A DNA stretch of 64,000 nt from Chloroflexota bacterium (GCA_965214295.1 OZ243944.1:1653395-1717394), one strand, 5' to 3'; positions 46,786-57,298 are shown, numbered from the stretch's first letter. The notes: generated from the sequence alone by a model not told the origin. Made by a program: numbers and translations.

Positions 46786-49337
46786 ATATCACTGTCCCGG
46801 CACTGTCGTTGGTGGTCTTGATCGGCCCTTCGGGCAGCGGCAAGTCTACGTTTGCCAGCAAGCATTTCAAGCCCACGGAAGTGCTGTCATCCGACTATTG
46901 CCGCGGCCTCGTGTCCGATGACGAAAACGATCAAGCTGCGACGAAAGATGCCTTCGACGTACTCCACTTCATCGCTCGCAAACGCCTCGCGGCTGGCCGG
47001 CTCACCGTGGTAGATGCTACCAACGTTCAGGCGGAGGCACGCAAGCCGCTGGTGGCGCTGGCACGAGAAGCCCACGTGCTTCCTGTGGCCCTCGTCTTCA
47101 ACCTGCCGGCCAAGCTGTGCCAGGAGCGCAACCGCGACCGGCCCAACCGCGACTTCGGTCCCCACGTGGTTCGGCAGCACAGTCAGCAGCTGAGACGCTC
47201 GCTCCGCGGCCTGCGGCGGGAGGGTTTTCGACACACCGCTATCCTGAGCACGCCGGATATGGTCGCCGCCGCCCGTATCGTGCGGCAGCCTTTGTGGGTC
47301 GACCGGCGGCAGGAGCATGGTCCGTTCGACATCATTGGCGATGTCCACGGCTGCTTCGATGAGCTTGTCGCGTTGCTGGAGCAGCTGGGCTATGACATCG
47401 GCGGCCCGACTGGTCGGCCCACGGTGCGCCACCCGGACGGTAGGCGTGCGGTGTTTGTTGGCGATCTCGTGGATCGAGGCCCTAACTCGCCTGGGGTGCT
47501 CCGGTTGGTCATGGCCATGGTGGCCGACGCGGCAGCGCTGTGTGTGCCGGGCAATCACGACATCAAGCTCATGCGAAAACTCAAGGGGCGCGATGTTCGG
47601 ATCACGCATGGTCTCGCGGAAACGCTGACGCAGCTGGCCGCAGAGCCGGATGACTTCCGACGGAGCGTGATGGAGTTTCTCGACGGGCTGGTGAGCCATT
47701 ACGTGCTCGACGATGGGCGGTTGGTCGTTGCTCATGCTGGCCTGAAGGAGGAGCTGCAAGGGCGCGCCTCGGGCCAGGTACGGGAGTTTGCGCTCTATGG
47801 CGAAACCACTGGCGAGACCGATGAGTTCGGATTGCCGGTTCGTCACAACTGGGCTGACGACTACCGAGGATCGGCCACTGTCGTCTACGGACACACACCG
47901 GTACCAGCCGCAGAGTGGCGCAACCGGACTGTCTGTATTGACACCGGTTGCGTGTTTGGTGGGAAGCTGACGGCTTTACGCTATCCGGAAAAGGAGCTGG
48001 TGCATGTCCAGGCGCGCCGCACCTACTATGACCCGGTGCGTCCTCTACTACCACCAAGCCAAGAGGCGCCGGCTGTATCGCGCCGTCCCCACGATGACAT
48101 ACTGGATATCAACGATGTCTTGGGTAAGCGTGTCATTACCACACGCATTCACCGCAACATCACTATTCGCGAGGAGAATGCTTTGGCGGCTCTCGAGGTC
48201 ATGAGCCGATTTGCGGTGGATCCGCGGTGGCTTATCTATCTACCACCGACTATGGCTCCTCCGGATACCTGCAAAGATGGCGAGTACCTTGAGCATCCAC
48301 GCGACGCCTTCGCTTACTTCCGAGGGCAGGGAGTGGCTCAGGTTATCTGCGAGGAAAAGCACATGGGCTCACGGGCTATCGTCGTTCTCTGCCGCGATCA
48401 GGAGGCGGCCCAGCGCCGATTCCAGGCGGACAATGGCCGGCTCGGTCTCGTCTATACGCGCACGGGACGCCCCTTCTTTTCCGATACCAAGATGGAGGGC
48501 ACGCTGCTCGCGCGTATGTCTGCCGCCTTGGCGCAGGTGGACTTCTGGGATCGCTTTGAGACGGACTGGCTCTGCCTCGATGCCGAGCTGCTGCCGTGGT
48601 CGGCGAAGGCTCAGGGGTTGCTACAGGATCAGTACGCAGCTACGGCGGCCGCAGCCAGCACTACGCTCGATGCCGCCGTCTCCTTGCTGAAGAAGGCCGC
48701 GGGCCGCGAAGAAGAGCGCGCGGCGTTGCTCACTCGCTACCGGAAGCGCCAGGAAATGGCGAGCCGGTTTCGCGCGGCCTATCGTCGCTACTGCTGGCCG
48801 GTCAGGAGTGTGGCCGACCTGAAGCTGGCGCCCTTTCACCTGCTGGCGACGGAAGGGCGGACATACACGGACAAGGACCACACCTGGCACATGGAGATGG
48901 TCGCGGCCCTCTGCCAGGCTGATGGAGCGATCTTCGCTGCTACTCCCTACAAAACTGTCGACCTGACCGACCCTGACAGCGAGACAAGAGGGATCAGCTG
49001 GTGGAAAGAGCTGACTGCCGCTGGCGGCGAGGGGATCGTTGTGAAGCCGCTCCGGTGGATCGTGAGAGGGAGTCGAGGCCTCGTTCAGCCGGCCATGAAG
49101 TGCCGGGGACGCGAGTACTTGCGATTGATCTATGGCCCGGAGTATACGGCTCCTGAGCACCTGGAGCGGCTCCGGTCCCGCAAGGTCTCCGTGAAGCGCT
49201 CGTTAGCCCTGCGAGAGTTTGCGCTGGGTGTCGAGGCGCTCCATCGGTTTACGGAGGAAGAGCCGCTGTATCGGGTGCATGAATGCATCTTCGGCGTGCT
49301 GGCCCTGGAGAGCGAGCCGGTCGACCCTAGGCTCTAG
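46782..49337 (+). CDS. pnkp: polynucleotide kinase-phosphatase (kinase / metallophosphoesterase / ligase-like domains)
   Basis: P-loop GPSGSGKST; calcineurin-type GDVHGC..GDLVDRGP..GNHD; C-terminal adenylyltransferase-like EEKHMGSR. Confidence 0.85.
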   Translation: MNITVPALSLVVLIGPSGSGKSTFASKHFKPTEVLSSDYCRGLVSDDENDQAATKDAFDVLHFIARKRLAAGRLTVVDATNVQAEARKPLVALAREAHVLPVALVFNLPAKLCQERNRDRPNRDFGPHVVRQHSQQLRRSLRGLRREGFRHTAILSTPDMVAAARIVRQPLWVDRRQEHGPFDIIGDVHGCFDELVALLEQLGYDIGGPTGRPTVRHPDGRRAVFVGDLVDRGPNSPGVLRLVMAMVADAAALCVPGNHDIKLMRKLKGRDVRITHGLAETLTQLAAEPDDFRRSVMEFLDGLVSHYVLDDGRLVVAHAGLKEELQGRASGQVREFALYGETTGETDEFGLPVRHNWADDYRGSATVVYGHTPVPAAEWRNRTVCIDTGCVFGGKLTALRYPEKELVHVQARRTYYDPVRPLLPPSQEAPAVSRRPHDDILDINDVLGKRVITTRIHRNITIREENALAALEVMSRFAVDPRWLIYLPPTMAPPDTCKDGEYLEHPRDAFAYFRGQGVAQVICEEKHMGSRAIVVLCRDQEAAQRRFQADNGRLGLVYTRTGRPFFSDTKMEGTLLARMSAALAQVDFWDRFETDWLCLDAELLPWSAKAQGLLQDQYAATAAAASTTLDAAVSLLKKAAGREEERAALLTRYRKRQEMASRFRAAYRRYCWPVRSVADLKLAPFHLLATEGRTYTDKDHTWHMEMVAALCQADGAIFAATPYKTVDLTDPDSETRGISWWKELTAAGGEGIVVKPLRWIVRGSRGLVQPAMKCRGREYLRLIYGPEYTAPEHLERLRSRKVSVKRSLALREFALGVEALHRFTEEEPLYRVHECIFGVLALESEPVDPRL

Positions 49338-49454
49338 GTTGTGCTGACGTTTGAGCTGGAAGGCAGTGCCACCAATCCCTTTCCGTCATCCCGGTGGAAG
49401 CCGGAATCCATGCCCCCCTGCGAAGCGGGGAACATAGGGGGCCGGGGGGTAGTC

Positions 49455-50594
49455 TTAACCACGGACCGTGAAGCGGTCTTCCAGCTCGTTCTCGATGGCT
49501 ACCAGCCCGGTGTAAGCAAGCTCGGCGTTGGACGCCATCGCGGCTCCGAACCAGCCCTGCCGGCGCATCGCCAGACCCTTCTCGACCGCGCCACGACGGA
49601 CCGATTCCCAGAGGCTGTCGGCAAAGAAGTCCACGATCTCCCCGGTGAAGTTTCCGGCAGCGTCTACCGAAACTCCAAGCGCCGACACAATCGGTTGGCA
49701 GTACACAAAGCGCACTTCACTGTTGATGGGGACGGGCGTAATCGGCATCACGTGGCTGCCGCGTGCGTCGCCGGTCACGTAGGGACAGATCGCCCACGGC
49801 AGGAGCACTTCCTCCGGTGCCGGAAAGATGCCCTGGGTGCGTATAATCGCCACCGGGTCATCCTTCCCGACGTAGGTCCCGGCGATGTTGTGCAGCCGAC
49901 TCGTACTGGCCGCGAGTAGCTGCTGGTCGGGATGGGCACGCGACCAAGCCGACTGAATGGCGAAACGCGCTTCATCGCGCAAGAGGGCCGCCAGCCGATA
50001 GTAGTCCTCGGGTGCATGGAGGGTAATCTCCCGATCTCCCTCCGTATAGTCCATATCCATCAGGCAAAAGCTGAACCCTTGGCTCATCTCCGGCTTGAGG
50101 AGCAGGCCCCCGCAGTACATCGGGTCGGCAAGGGGTAAGAAGAACGGCAAGTTGAAAGCGCCGGGCGCGCACTTATCCGCATAGAAGAAGAGCACCGTTT
50201 CGGCCGGCCGGACCTTGTTGTCCTTGACCGGATTATGCTCGAACTCCAGCTCGGCGACGGCCGGGCCGGCGCCCCGGATGTTGCCGGAGGGAGCATCCAC
50301 CAACAGGTCTTGCCCGGCGCCATAGTCACCGCGCTCCTGAGCAGCCGCCGTCCCGTTCTGGAAAGCGTCCCAGGCCAGCTGGTGTAGCTCCGTATTATCG
50401 GGGCCGACGGTATGGCTGCACGTGATCGCGATATCGTCGCCGGTGTGGGTGATCATCATGTCAATAAGCAGGCCGCGCTCTTGGGCGGCGGCAAATGTCT
50501 CCCGCACCGCCGCCAGCACCGCCTGCGAGGGGCGGGTGTGGCCCCCCGGCGACCCGATGTCCGCCTTGAAGATCGAGAGCGTCAATTTCATCGT
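49455..50594 (-). CDS. fbp: fructose-1,6-bisphosphate aldolase/phosphatase (class V FBPase)
   Basis: MKLTLSIFKADIGS N-terminus characteristic of bifunctional FBP aldolase/phosphatase; RBS GGGGGGA. Confidence 0.85.
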   Translation of the reverse strand, partial: TMKLTLSIFKADIGSPGGHTRPSQAVLAAVRETFAAAQERGLLIDMMITHTGDDIAITCSHTVGPDNTELHQLAWDAFQNGTAAAQERGDYGAGQDLLVDAPSGNIRGAGPAVAELEFEHNPVKDNKVRPAETVLFFYADKCAPGAFNLPFFLPLADPMYCGGLLLKPEMSQGFSFCLMDMDYTEGDREITLHAPEDYYRLAALLRDEARFAIQSAWSRAHPDQQLLAASTSRLHNIAGTYVGKDDPVAIIRTQGIFPAPEEVLLPWAICPYVTGDARGSHVMPITPVPINSEVRFVYCQPIVSALGVSVDAAGNFTGEIVDFFADSLWESVRRGAVEKGLAMRRQGWFGAAMASNAELAYTGLVAIENELEDRFTVRG

Positions 50595-50785
50595 CCCCCC
50601 TTGCTCCTGAGCATGAAAATACCTGCGAGCATCCCTCACCAACCCAGTCTCAGGACAGTCTCGTCAGGTTACTGCGACTGTAGCATTCCCCCACGGCGTT
50701 GCCAAGTGCATCGGCCCAGTGGCACGGAACCGAGTGCGTGGTTACTCCTGCCCTTGAACGATTGAGCGGGCCTGAAGCATACGAG

Positions 50786-51832
50786 CTAGCTACCCGGTGG
50801 CGCCGGAACGGGCGTCTCGGAGTAGGGCATGAGCGTCGCAAGCCCGGCCGCACCGGTCATGATCTCGGCGATCTCCCGCTGGGCCTCCGGGGTGAGCGCC
50901 ACGTCGAGCGCCCCGACGTTCTCGTCAAGCTCGGCTGGCCGCCGCGTCCCGGAGAGCGCCACCGCCACCTGCTCGTTGCTGAGGACCCAGGCCAACGCCA
51001 GGCGCGGCAAGGTAGTCCCCAGCCGGGCAGCGATCCGCTTGAGCTGGTCAACAACCCGCAGATTAGCCCCAAAGTTGTCGGCGCTGAACAGCGTTTGACC
51101 AAAGATCGGCCGCTCCCGGCGCCAGTCCCCCTCCTCGAAGGTCGTCTCCGCATCGAATGTCCCGGTCAGTAGCCCATGGGCCAGTGGCCCGTAGGCCATA
51201 ATGCTCACGCCAAGCTCTTGGGCCGTAGGCATCATCTCGTGCTCCCAGCGCCGGTCGAACAGGTTATAGCCCACTTGGTTCGCCACCAGTGGCGCCAGCC
51301 CACACGCCGCGTGGAGCTGGCGCGCCTCATAGTTCGACACCCCAACGTAGCGGGTCTTCCCGGCCGCCAGCAGGTCATGCAGCGCCCGCGCCGTTTCCTC
51401 GAAAGCGGTCTCGGGATCCGGCCAATGGATGAGGTAGAGGTCCACGTAGTCGGTGCCTAACGACTGAAGACTGGCCTCGCAGTCCGCAATCACCGAAGCG
51501 TAGCGGGCGTCGCGGCCAGGATTGAAGCGCGGCAGACCCGGCCGGGTCGGCTTGTCGTCCATCTGCCCTGCGCGCGTGGGCAGCGCGCCCTTGGTGACGA
51601 CAATGGCCTCCTGGCGCCGGGCACCCAACCCTCTCCCGAGCAATTCCTCCGAGGCCCCGACACCGTAGCCGCGGGCCGTATCGAACAAAGTGATGCCCAG
51701 ATCGAGCGCCCGGTGAATGGCGGCGATGACCTCCGTGGTCTCGAAAGACCCATAGCCGCCGCCCATTTCCCAGCAACCGAACCCAATGACCGATACTTCC
51801 AGGTCGGAGGTCCCCATGCGCCGATATTCCAT
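50786..51832 (-). CDS. aldo/keto reductase
   Basis: MEYRRMGTSDLEVSVIGFGCWEMGG; RBS GGGAGG. Confidence 0.8.
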   Translation of the reverse strand: MEYRRMGTSDLEVSVIGFGCWEMGGGYGSFETTEVIAAIHRALDLGITLFDTARGYGVGASEELLGRGLGARRQEAIVVTKGALPTRAGQMDDKPTRPGLPRFNPGRDARYASVIADCEASLQSLGTDYVDLYLIHWPDPETAFEETARALHDLLAAGKTRYVGVSNYEARQLHAACGLAPLVANQVGYNLFDRRWEHEMMPTAQELGVSIMAYGPLAHGLLTGTFDAETTFEEGDWRRERPIFGQTLFSADNFGANLRVVDQLKRIAARLGTTLPRLALAWVLSNEQVAVALSGTRRPAELDENVGALDVALTPEAQREIAEIMTGAAGLATLMPYSETPVPAPPGS

Positions 51833-52077
51833 CGTAGTGCCTCCCTTCCGATGAATATAACCCGGACCCGCCATTCCCACGCACGCAGGAATCCACCCTC
51901 CCCGCCGCTGGATTGCAGCCTGCGCCGCAATGACGGTGCTGGCCTGTGCCTCGTCACTGCGGCGGAAGCCGCAGTCTAGGGCTTCACGTTCCGCCGGCCG
52001 TCATTTTCATCGCTTGTGGTGCAGAGTGCAAGCTACAAGAGTGCTTCCGGCTTGTGCCGGCATGACGAGCACCCGGG

Positions 52078-53310
52078 CTAGGCCCATAGCTCTGCTCGCT
52101 GCCACTGAGATACCATGCTCTCCAGGAGGGTCGCGGCGGCCACGCCGTCCGCGACGCGGTGGTCGAACGTGAGGCTGAGATGCACCGTCGGCCGCACGGT
52201 CAACGCCCCGTCCTCGGCCACCGCCGGCCGCGGCGCAATGTTGCCCACGCCCAGAATGGCGCTCTGCGGCGGGTTGATGATGGGCGTGAAAGCGTCAATG
52301 TGCAAGGCGCCGAGATTCGTCAGCGTCGCGGTACCGCCTTCCATCTCCCGGGGCTGTAGCCGCCCCTGCCGTGCCCGGTCGGTCAGTCCGGTCAGCTCGC
52401 GGGCCAGATCGAGCGCCGGACGGTGGGCCGCATCACGCAGCACCGGCACGACAAGGCCGTCCTCCACGGCGACGGCAACGCCGATATGTACCTCCCCCAG
52501 CAGCACGACCTCCTCACCCTCGATCACAGCGTTGAGCGCCGGGTGCTCTAGCAACGCCGCGGCCAGCGACTTTGCCAAGAGCACGTCATAGGAGACATGC
52601 ACCCCCTCGCCGGCTGCTCTGGCTACCAGTAGCTCTCTGGCTTGCACCAGTGGGCGGGCATCCACCTCGCGGGTCAAGGTCAGCTGCGCGGTGGACGTGA
52701 GGCTATGCTGCATCCGCCGGGCAATCAAGCCGCGCATCCCCGTGAGCGGGACGCGGCGCAGCACGCGCGGCCCGCCGGCCTCACTCCCTGGCCCCCGCTC
52801 CACTTGTGGAGCAGGGGAGTCCGTTCCCGCTGGCTGCCGACTCGCCGCGGCCGCCTGCACGTCCGCCTCGGTGATGCGGCCGCCAGGCCCGCTGCCCGTG
52901 ACACTGGTGAGATCAATGCCAAGCTCGCGGGCGCGGCGCCGGGCGACCGGGGTGGCGCGCACGCGGCCGCGGCTGGCGCGTGCCGGTGGCGGCTTTGCCG
53001 GCGTGCGTGCCGGTGTGGCGGCAGGAGCGGCCGCCGGCGCGGCTGTCGGTGATCCGGCGGCGGGAGGGGACTCACCCGGGGCGAGGACGTGGCCCAGTAT
53101 CCCTTCGACCTGCACGCGCCCGCCTACCGGCACGACCTGATGGAGCATACCGGCCGCCGGGGCCGGGATTTCGACGGTGGTCTTTTCCGTGGTCAGCTCC
53201 AGCACGGGCTGGTCTTCCACGACTGACGCCCCGTCGGCCACCAGCCAGCGCGTGACCTCACCCTCAATGGTGTACATGCCGAGGTTAGGCATAGCGATTG
53301 CTACGGCCAT
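52078..53310 (-). CDS. 2-oxoacid dehydrogenase complex E2 (dihydrolipoamide acyltransferase)
   Basis: lipoyl domain (LELTTEKTT lipoyl-Lys context), Ala/Pro linker, catalytic domain DHRVADG. Confidence 0.85.
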   Translation of the reverse strand: MAVAIAMPNLGMYTIEGEVTRWLVADGASVVEDQPVLELTTEKTTVEIPAPAAGMLHQVVPVGGRVQVEGILGHVLAPGESPPAAGSPTAAPAAAPAATPARTPAKPPPARASRGRVRATPVARRRARELGIDLTSVTGSGPGGRITEADVQAAAASRQPAGTDSPAPQVERGPGSEAGGPRVLRRVPLTGMRGLIARRMQHSLTSTAQLTLTREVDARPLVQARELLVARAAGEGVHVSYDVLLAKSLAAALLEHPALNAVIEGEEVVLLGEVHIGVAVAVEDGLVVPVLRDAAHRPALDLARELTGLTDRARQGRLQPREMEGGTATLTNLGALHIDAFTPIINPPQSAILGVGNIAPRPAVAEDGALTVRPTVHLSLTFDHRVADGVAAATLLESMVSQWQRAELWA

Positions 53311-53352
53311 GATTTACCTCCGGCCCGGCTCCGTCATTCCCGCACCGGCTCC

Positions 53353-54438
53353 CTACCCCGTACCGAGCATCTCGTGTACCGCATCCACGACCCGTTGCGG
53401 CGACGGCGTATAGATCGATTCCAGGGCCGCGCTATAGGGTACCGGCGTGTCCGCGCTGTTGATGGTCTTGATGGGCGCATCGAGAAAGTCGAAGCCGGCA
53501 TCGGCGACGCGGGCGGCGATGTCGCGTCCCAGCGAGCAGGACGGTGTGTCCTCGTCCACGACAACCAAGCGTTGCGTCTTCTCCACGGATTCGACGATGG
53601 TCTCTTCGTCCAGCGGCGACAGACTAAGTACGTCGATGACCTCGGCCTCCAGGCCTACGGCGACCAGCGCCGCGGCCGCCTCCAGGCACACGTAGGTCAT
53701 GCGGCCGATCCCGCAGAGGGTGAGGTCGCTTCCCCGCCGCACGATCTCGGCCTTCCCGAACGGCAGCGTATAGGCTTCCTCCGGTACCGGCGTGCGCGCA
53801 TTCAGCCCCAGATAGCGGTGTTCGAGTACGATCACGGGGTTGTTGTCACGGATGGCGGCGATCATCAGACCCTTGGCGTTGTAGGCCGTGGTCGGTGCGA
53901 CGCATTTCAGGCCGGGCACGTGTGCCAGGACCGAGTAGAGCGTTTGGGAGTGCGTGGCCGCCGCGCCGCCGCCGGCCGTCTGGCTGCTCGGTGGGCGCGC
54001 GCCATACGACATCCGCACCGTCATAGGAATCTGTACCTGGCCGCCCATCATGTAGTGCATCTTCGCCGCTTGATTGATGAGCTGGTCGTAACAGCAGCCG
54101 ATCAGATCAATGAATCCCAGGTCCACTATCGGGCGCAGGCCGCTCATGGCGGCCCCGACCGCCGCCCCGACAAACCCCATCTCCGCAATCGGCGTGTCCA
54201 AGACGCGCCCGGAGCCGAACTCGGTAACTAGCCCCTTGGTTGACCGGGTGGGGCCACCCCAGGCGTCCTTGAAGCCTAGATGCTCCCGCCCGGCCGCTCC
54301 CGCCACGTCCTCGCCGATGACCACGATGCTCGGATCGCGGCGCATCTCCTGCCGGATCGCTCGGTTCAGTGCCTCCGGGAACGTCAAGACCTCGGCGGCC
54401 GTCTCGGTAGCAGCCGGCGCTACTGTTGTCGTGACCAT
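53353..54438 (-). CDS. 2-oxoacid dehydrogenase E1 component beta subunit
   Basis: transketolase-like pyrimidine-binding and C-terminal domains. Confidence 0.85.
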   Translation of the reverse strand: MVTTTVAPAATETAAEVLTFPEALNRAIRQEMRRDPSIVVIGEDVAGAAGREHLGFKDAWGGPTRSTKGLVTEFGSGRVLDTPIAEMGFVGAAVGAAMSGLRPIVDLGFIDLIGCCYDQLINQAAKMHYMMGGQVQIPMTVRMSYGARPPSSQTAGGGAAATHSQTLYSVLAHVPGLKCVAPTTAYNAKGLMIAAIRDNNPVIVLEHRYLGLNARTPVPEEAYTLPFGKAEIVRRGSDLTLCGIGRMTYVCLEAAAALVAVGLEAEVIDVLSLSPLDEETIVESVEKTQRLVVVDEDTPSCSLGRDIAARVADAGFDFLDAPIKTINSADTPVPYSAALESIYTPSPQRVVDAVHEMLGTG

Positions 54439-54491
54439 GACCCTTCCTTTCCGGCCCCCTCCCTCTACAATGAGCTGGAGCAGATGAGGTA

Positions 54492-55475
54492 CTAACCCGC
54501 TACGATCTCCGTCGTTAGCTCCGCTGCCGCCGGGAACGGCGCTGCTTCAGCGGCGGCAACGGCCTCGTCCACGGCCGCTGCCGTGTGGGCATCTATTTCC
54601 GCCAGATCGGCGGCGGTCAGCGTCCCGGCTGCGACGACCTCCTGACGGAAGCGAGCGATGCAATCCCGTGCGCGGGCGGCCTCGATCTCTTCGGCCAGCC
54701 GGTAGGCCGTCCCGTCGTCTCCGGCCGAGTGTCCGTAGTAACGGTAGGTCCGCGCCTCGATCAAGGATGGCCCGCCGCCGGAGCGGGCACGCTCGACCGC
54801 CCGTGCCGTCGCCTCGTACACGGCAAACACATCCTGGCCGTCCACCTTCTCGCCGGGCAGGCCGTAGCCGGCGGCACGTTTCCAGACCTCGCCAGCGGTG
54901 CTGTACTCGACCGGCGTGCTCTGCGCGTAGCCGTTGTTCTCGCAGACGAACACGCAGGGCACGTTCCAGACCGCAGCCAGGTTGATCGCCTCGTGGCAGG
55001 CACCGATATTCGCGCCGCCATCGCCGAAGAAGGTCACGGCCACCTGACCGGTCCGGCGCACCTTGGCGCTCAAGGCGGCGCCCACCGCGTGGGGAATACC
55101 GGCCCCGACGATCGGGTTCACGCCGAGCATGCCCACGCGCACGTCCGTGATGTGCATGGAGCCGCCCTTGCCGCGGTTCGCGCCGCTGGCCTTGCCGTAC
55201 AGCTCGGCCATCATCGGTGCCACGTCCATCCCTTTGGCGATGCAATGCCCGTGACCACGGTGCGTGGAGGCAATCCAGTCGTCCGGTCGCAGGGCAGTAC
55301 AGACTCCTACCGCCACGGCTTCCTCGCCGACGTAGTAGTGGGCAGCGCCGAACGCAATGCCGCCATCCACCAGCGCCTTAACGCGGTCCTCGAAGGCCCG
55401 AATCAGCACCATGCGCTCGTACATGGTCAGCAGTATCGCACGCGAGAGCGCTGCTGCGGTCGTACTGCTTGTCAT
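54492..55475 (-). CDS. 2-oxoacid dehydrogenase E1 component alpha subunit (ThDP)
   Basis: GDGG..N ThDP motif (FFGDGGANIG...CENNGYA); RBS GAGGAGG. Confidence 0.85.
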   Translation of the reverse strand: MTSSTTAAALSRAILLTMYERMVLIRAFEDRVKALVDGGIAFGAAHYYVGEEAVAVGVCTALRPDDWIASTHRGHGHCIAKGMDVAPMMAELYGKASGANRGKGGSMHITDVRVGMLGVNPIVGAGIPHAVGAALSAKVRRTGQVAVTFFGDGGANIGACHEAINLAAVWNVPCVFVCENNGYAQSTPVEYSTAGEVWKRAAGYGLPGEKVDGQDVFAVYEATARAVERARSGGGPSLIEARTYRYYGHSAGDDGTAYRLAEEIEAARARDCIARFRQEVVAAGTLTAADLAEIDAHTAAAVDEAVAAAEAAPFPAAAELTTEIVAG

Positions 55476-55734
55476 CGAGCGGCCTCCTCGCTGGTGCCGG
55501 CCGACATGGCCATCTTCCGGTGCCCGGCCGCGTCCCCCGTCATTCTTGCGCCAGCGGGAATCCATGTCCCCGTGCGGAGTGGATGCCGCGCCGGAACCGG
55601 CGCATCTTCCAGGCTAAGGTAGCGTTCCCGACAAGCGCATGCAAGCCGGAGGCCAGCTGCAGTCGGGGCAATTGCATCGGAAAGAGCGCCTGATCTGTGG
55701 ACAACCACCAGAGATACCACTCCGAGCTACTGGC

Positions 55735-55775
55735 CACTGGTCACTGGTCACTGGTCACTGGTCACTGGTCACTGG
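55735..55775. repeat. heptanucleotide tandem repeat (CACTGGT) x ~5.9 in divergent promoter region
   Basis: seen directly; ~75 bp upstream of FAD-oxidoreductase start, ~260 bp upstream of E1alpha start. Confidence 0.85.
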
Positions 55776-55849
55776 ACGGTAGAGGCTGGCACAGTAGTCC
55801 CGCGAACGCGCGGCGCGGCGGCCGAGCACATAACCACAGGGAGAGGCAA

Positions 55850-57298
55850 ATGTCTGAGAATGGAGCCGTGGAATACGTTGTCGAGCCACAGAAACGGGTG
55901 CCCGTCGCCTACGACGTGGATGTGGCCGTGGTAGGCGCCGGCATTGGCGGGTTGTTCGCGGCGCTTGCGGCGGGCAAGCAAGGCGCCAAGACGCTGCTGA
56001 TTGATCGCCTGGCCGCGCTCGGCGGCAACATCGGTCCGGCCATGATCGTTGCCGGCGGTTTGTATAACGAAGCCGACGGCACTCTGGTCGGTGGGCTGTC
56101 CGGCATCCCCAAAATGTTCATTGACACGATAGAGAAGCGCCGCACGGCCAACAACTACGCGGACGAGACGAGCCTAGTGTCGTATCTGGGCGCCAAGCTC
56201 AGTGAAGAGTGGGGCATCGAGCTGTTGCTGACCGTATGGGCCGGCGATCCGATCATGGAAGACAACCGCGTGACCGGCCTGTTTGTGGAGGGCAAGTCGG
56301 GGCGGGTGGCAGTCAAGGCCAAGGTCGTGATAGATGCCACGGCCGACGTTGACATCGCCCGCCGCGCCGGTGCGCCGGTCATCATGGCCTCGCCACCCGA
56401 TCCGGCACACGGGCCGCTGGTCAGAGAGCGGCGGGGCGGCGCGCCGTACCGCGTTTGGAACGATACGGCCCTGTTCTATATCGTCGCCGGCGTGGACTTT
56501 GCCGCCTACGACGCTTTCGCGGCGACCCGCGTGCCACTCAGCGACGCGGATCGAGAGTGGGTACGTGGCCGTAACCCCGGCCGCTTTCCGCAGCCGATGC
56601 TGCCGCTCCTGCGCCAGGCTTGGGAGGACGGGTCGTACCGACACATGCGCGACCTGGAGCCGACGGTGCATACCGAGAGCGCGGCGATATTGCAGTTCGA
56701 TGGACACGTCGGCTCTTCGCGGCTCAACGTGCGCGGCGAAATCCGCCGGGAGGACATGAAGCAGCACTCCAAGATCGAGACCGCCGCGCGCGTCCACGCC
56801 CAAGAGACCTTGCACTTCTATCGGGAGCACGTGCCTGGCTTCCAGCGAGCCTACATGCTGTTCATGGTCCCGTACTTCGGCGCCCGCGGCGGGCCGTGCA
56901 TTGACGGAGAGCGCACCCTCACCGCCATGGAAGCCTACGAGGGCAAGAAGTTCCAGGACGTGATGTACCGGAATATCCATGAAGGGCAAGCGATGCACGG
57001 TGGAGAAAAATCGGGCCACGACGCCCCGTATCGCATGATCCAGCCGAAAGGGGTGGAGGGTCTGCTCGTGACTGGCCGTGGCGCCGCCTACGTCCGCCGC
57101 GGTCACGACCCGACCGGGATGCGGGCGCGACCGAGCATCATGGCCCTGGGAGAGGCCACCGGCATTGCCGCCGCTCTCTCCGCAAAGCTGGGGGTCACGC
57201 CCAAGGCGCTCGACGTGAAGACGCTGCAACGGGAGTTGCTCCGCCAGGGCGCCTACTTGGGTGACGCGGTGCGCCTCGCCGAGCTGGGACTACACTAA
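55850..57298 (+). CDS. FAD-dependent oxidoreductase
   Basis: VAVVGAGIGGLFAAL dinucleotide-binding motif; RBS GGGAGAGG. Confidence 0.75.
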   Translation: MSENGAVEYVVEPQKRVPVAYDVDVAVVGAGIGGLFAALAAGKQGAKTLLIDRLAALGGNIGPAMIVAGGLYNEADGTLVGGLSGIPKMFIDTIEKRRTANNYADETSLVSYLGAKLSEEWGIELLLTVWAGDPIMEDNRVTGLFVEGKSGRVAVKAKVVIDATADVDIARRAGAPVIMASPPDPAHGPLVRERRGGAPYRVWNDTALFYIVAGVDFAAYDAFAATRVPLSDADREWVRGRNPGRFPQPMLPLLRQAWEDGSYRHMRDLEPTVHTESAAILQFDGHVGSSRLNVRGEIRREDMKQHSKIETAARVHAQETLHFYREHVPGFQRAYMLFMVPYFGARGGPCIDGERTLTAMEAYEGKKFQDVMYRNIHEGQAMHGGEKSGHDAPYRMIQPKGVEGLLVTGRGAAYVRRGHDPTGMRARPSIMALGEATGIAAALSAKLGVTPKALDVKTLQRELLRQGAYLGDAVRLAELGLH

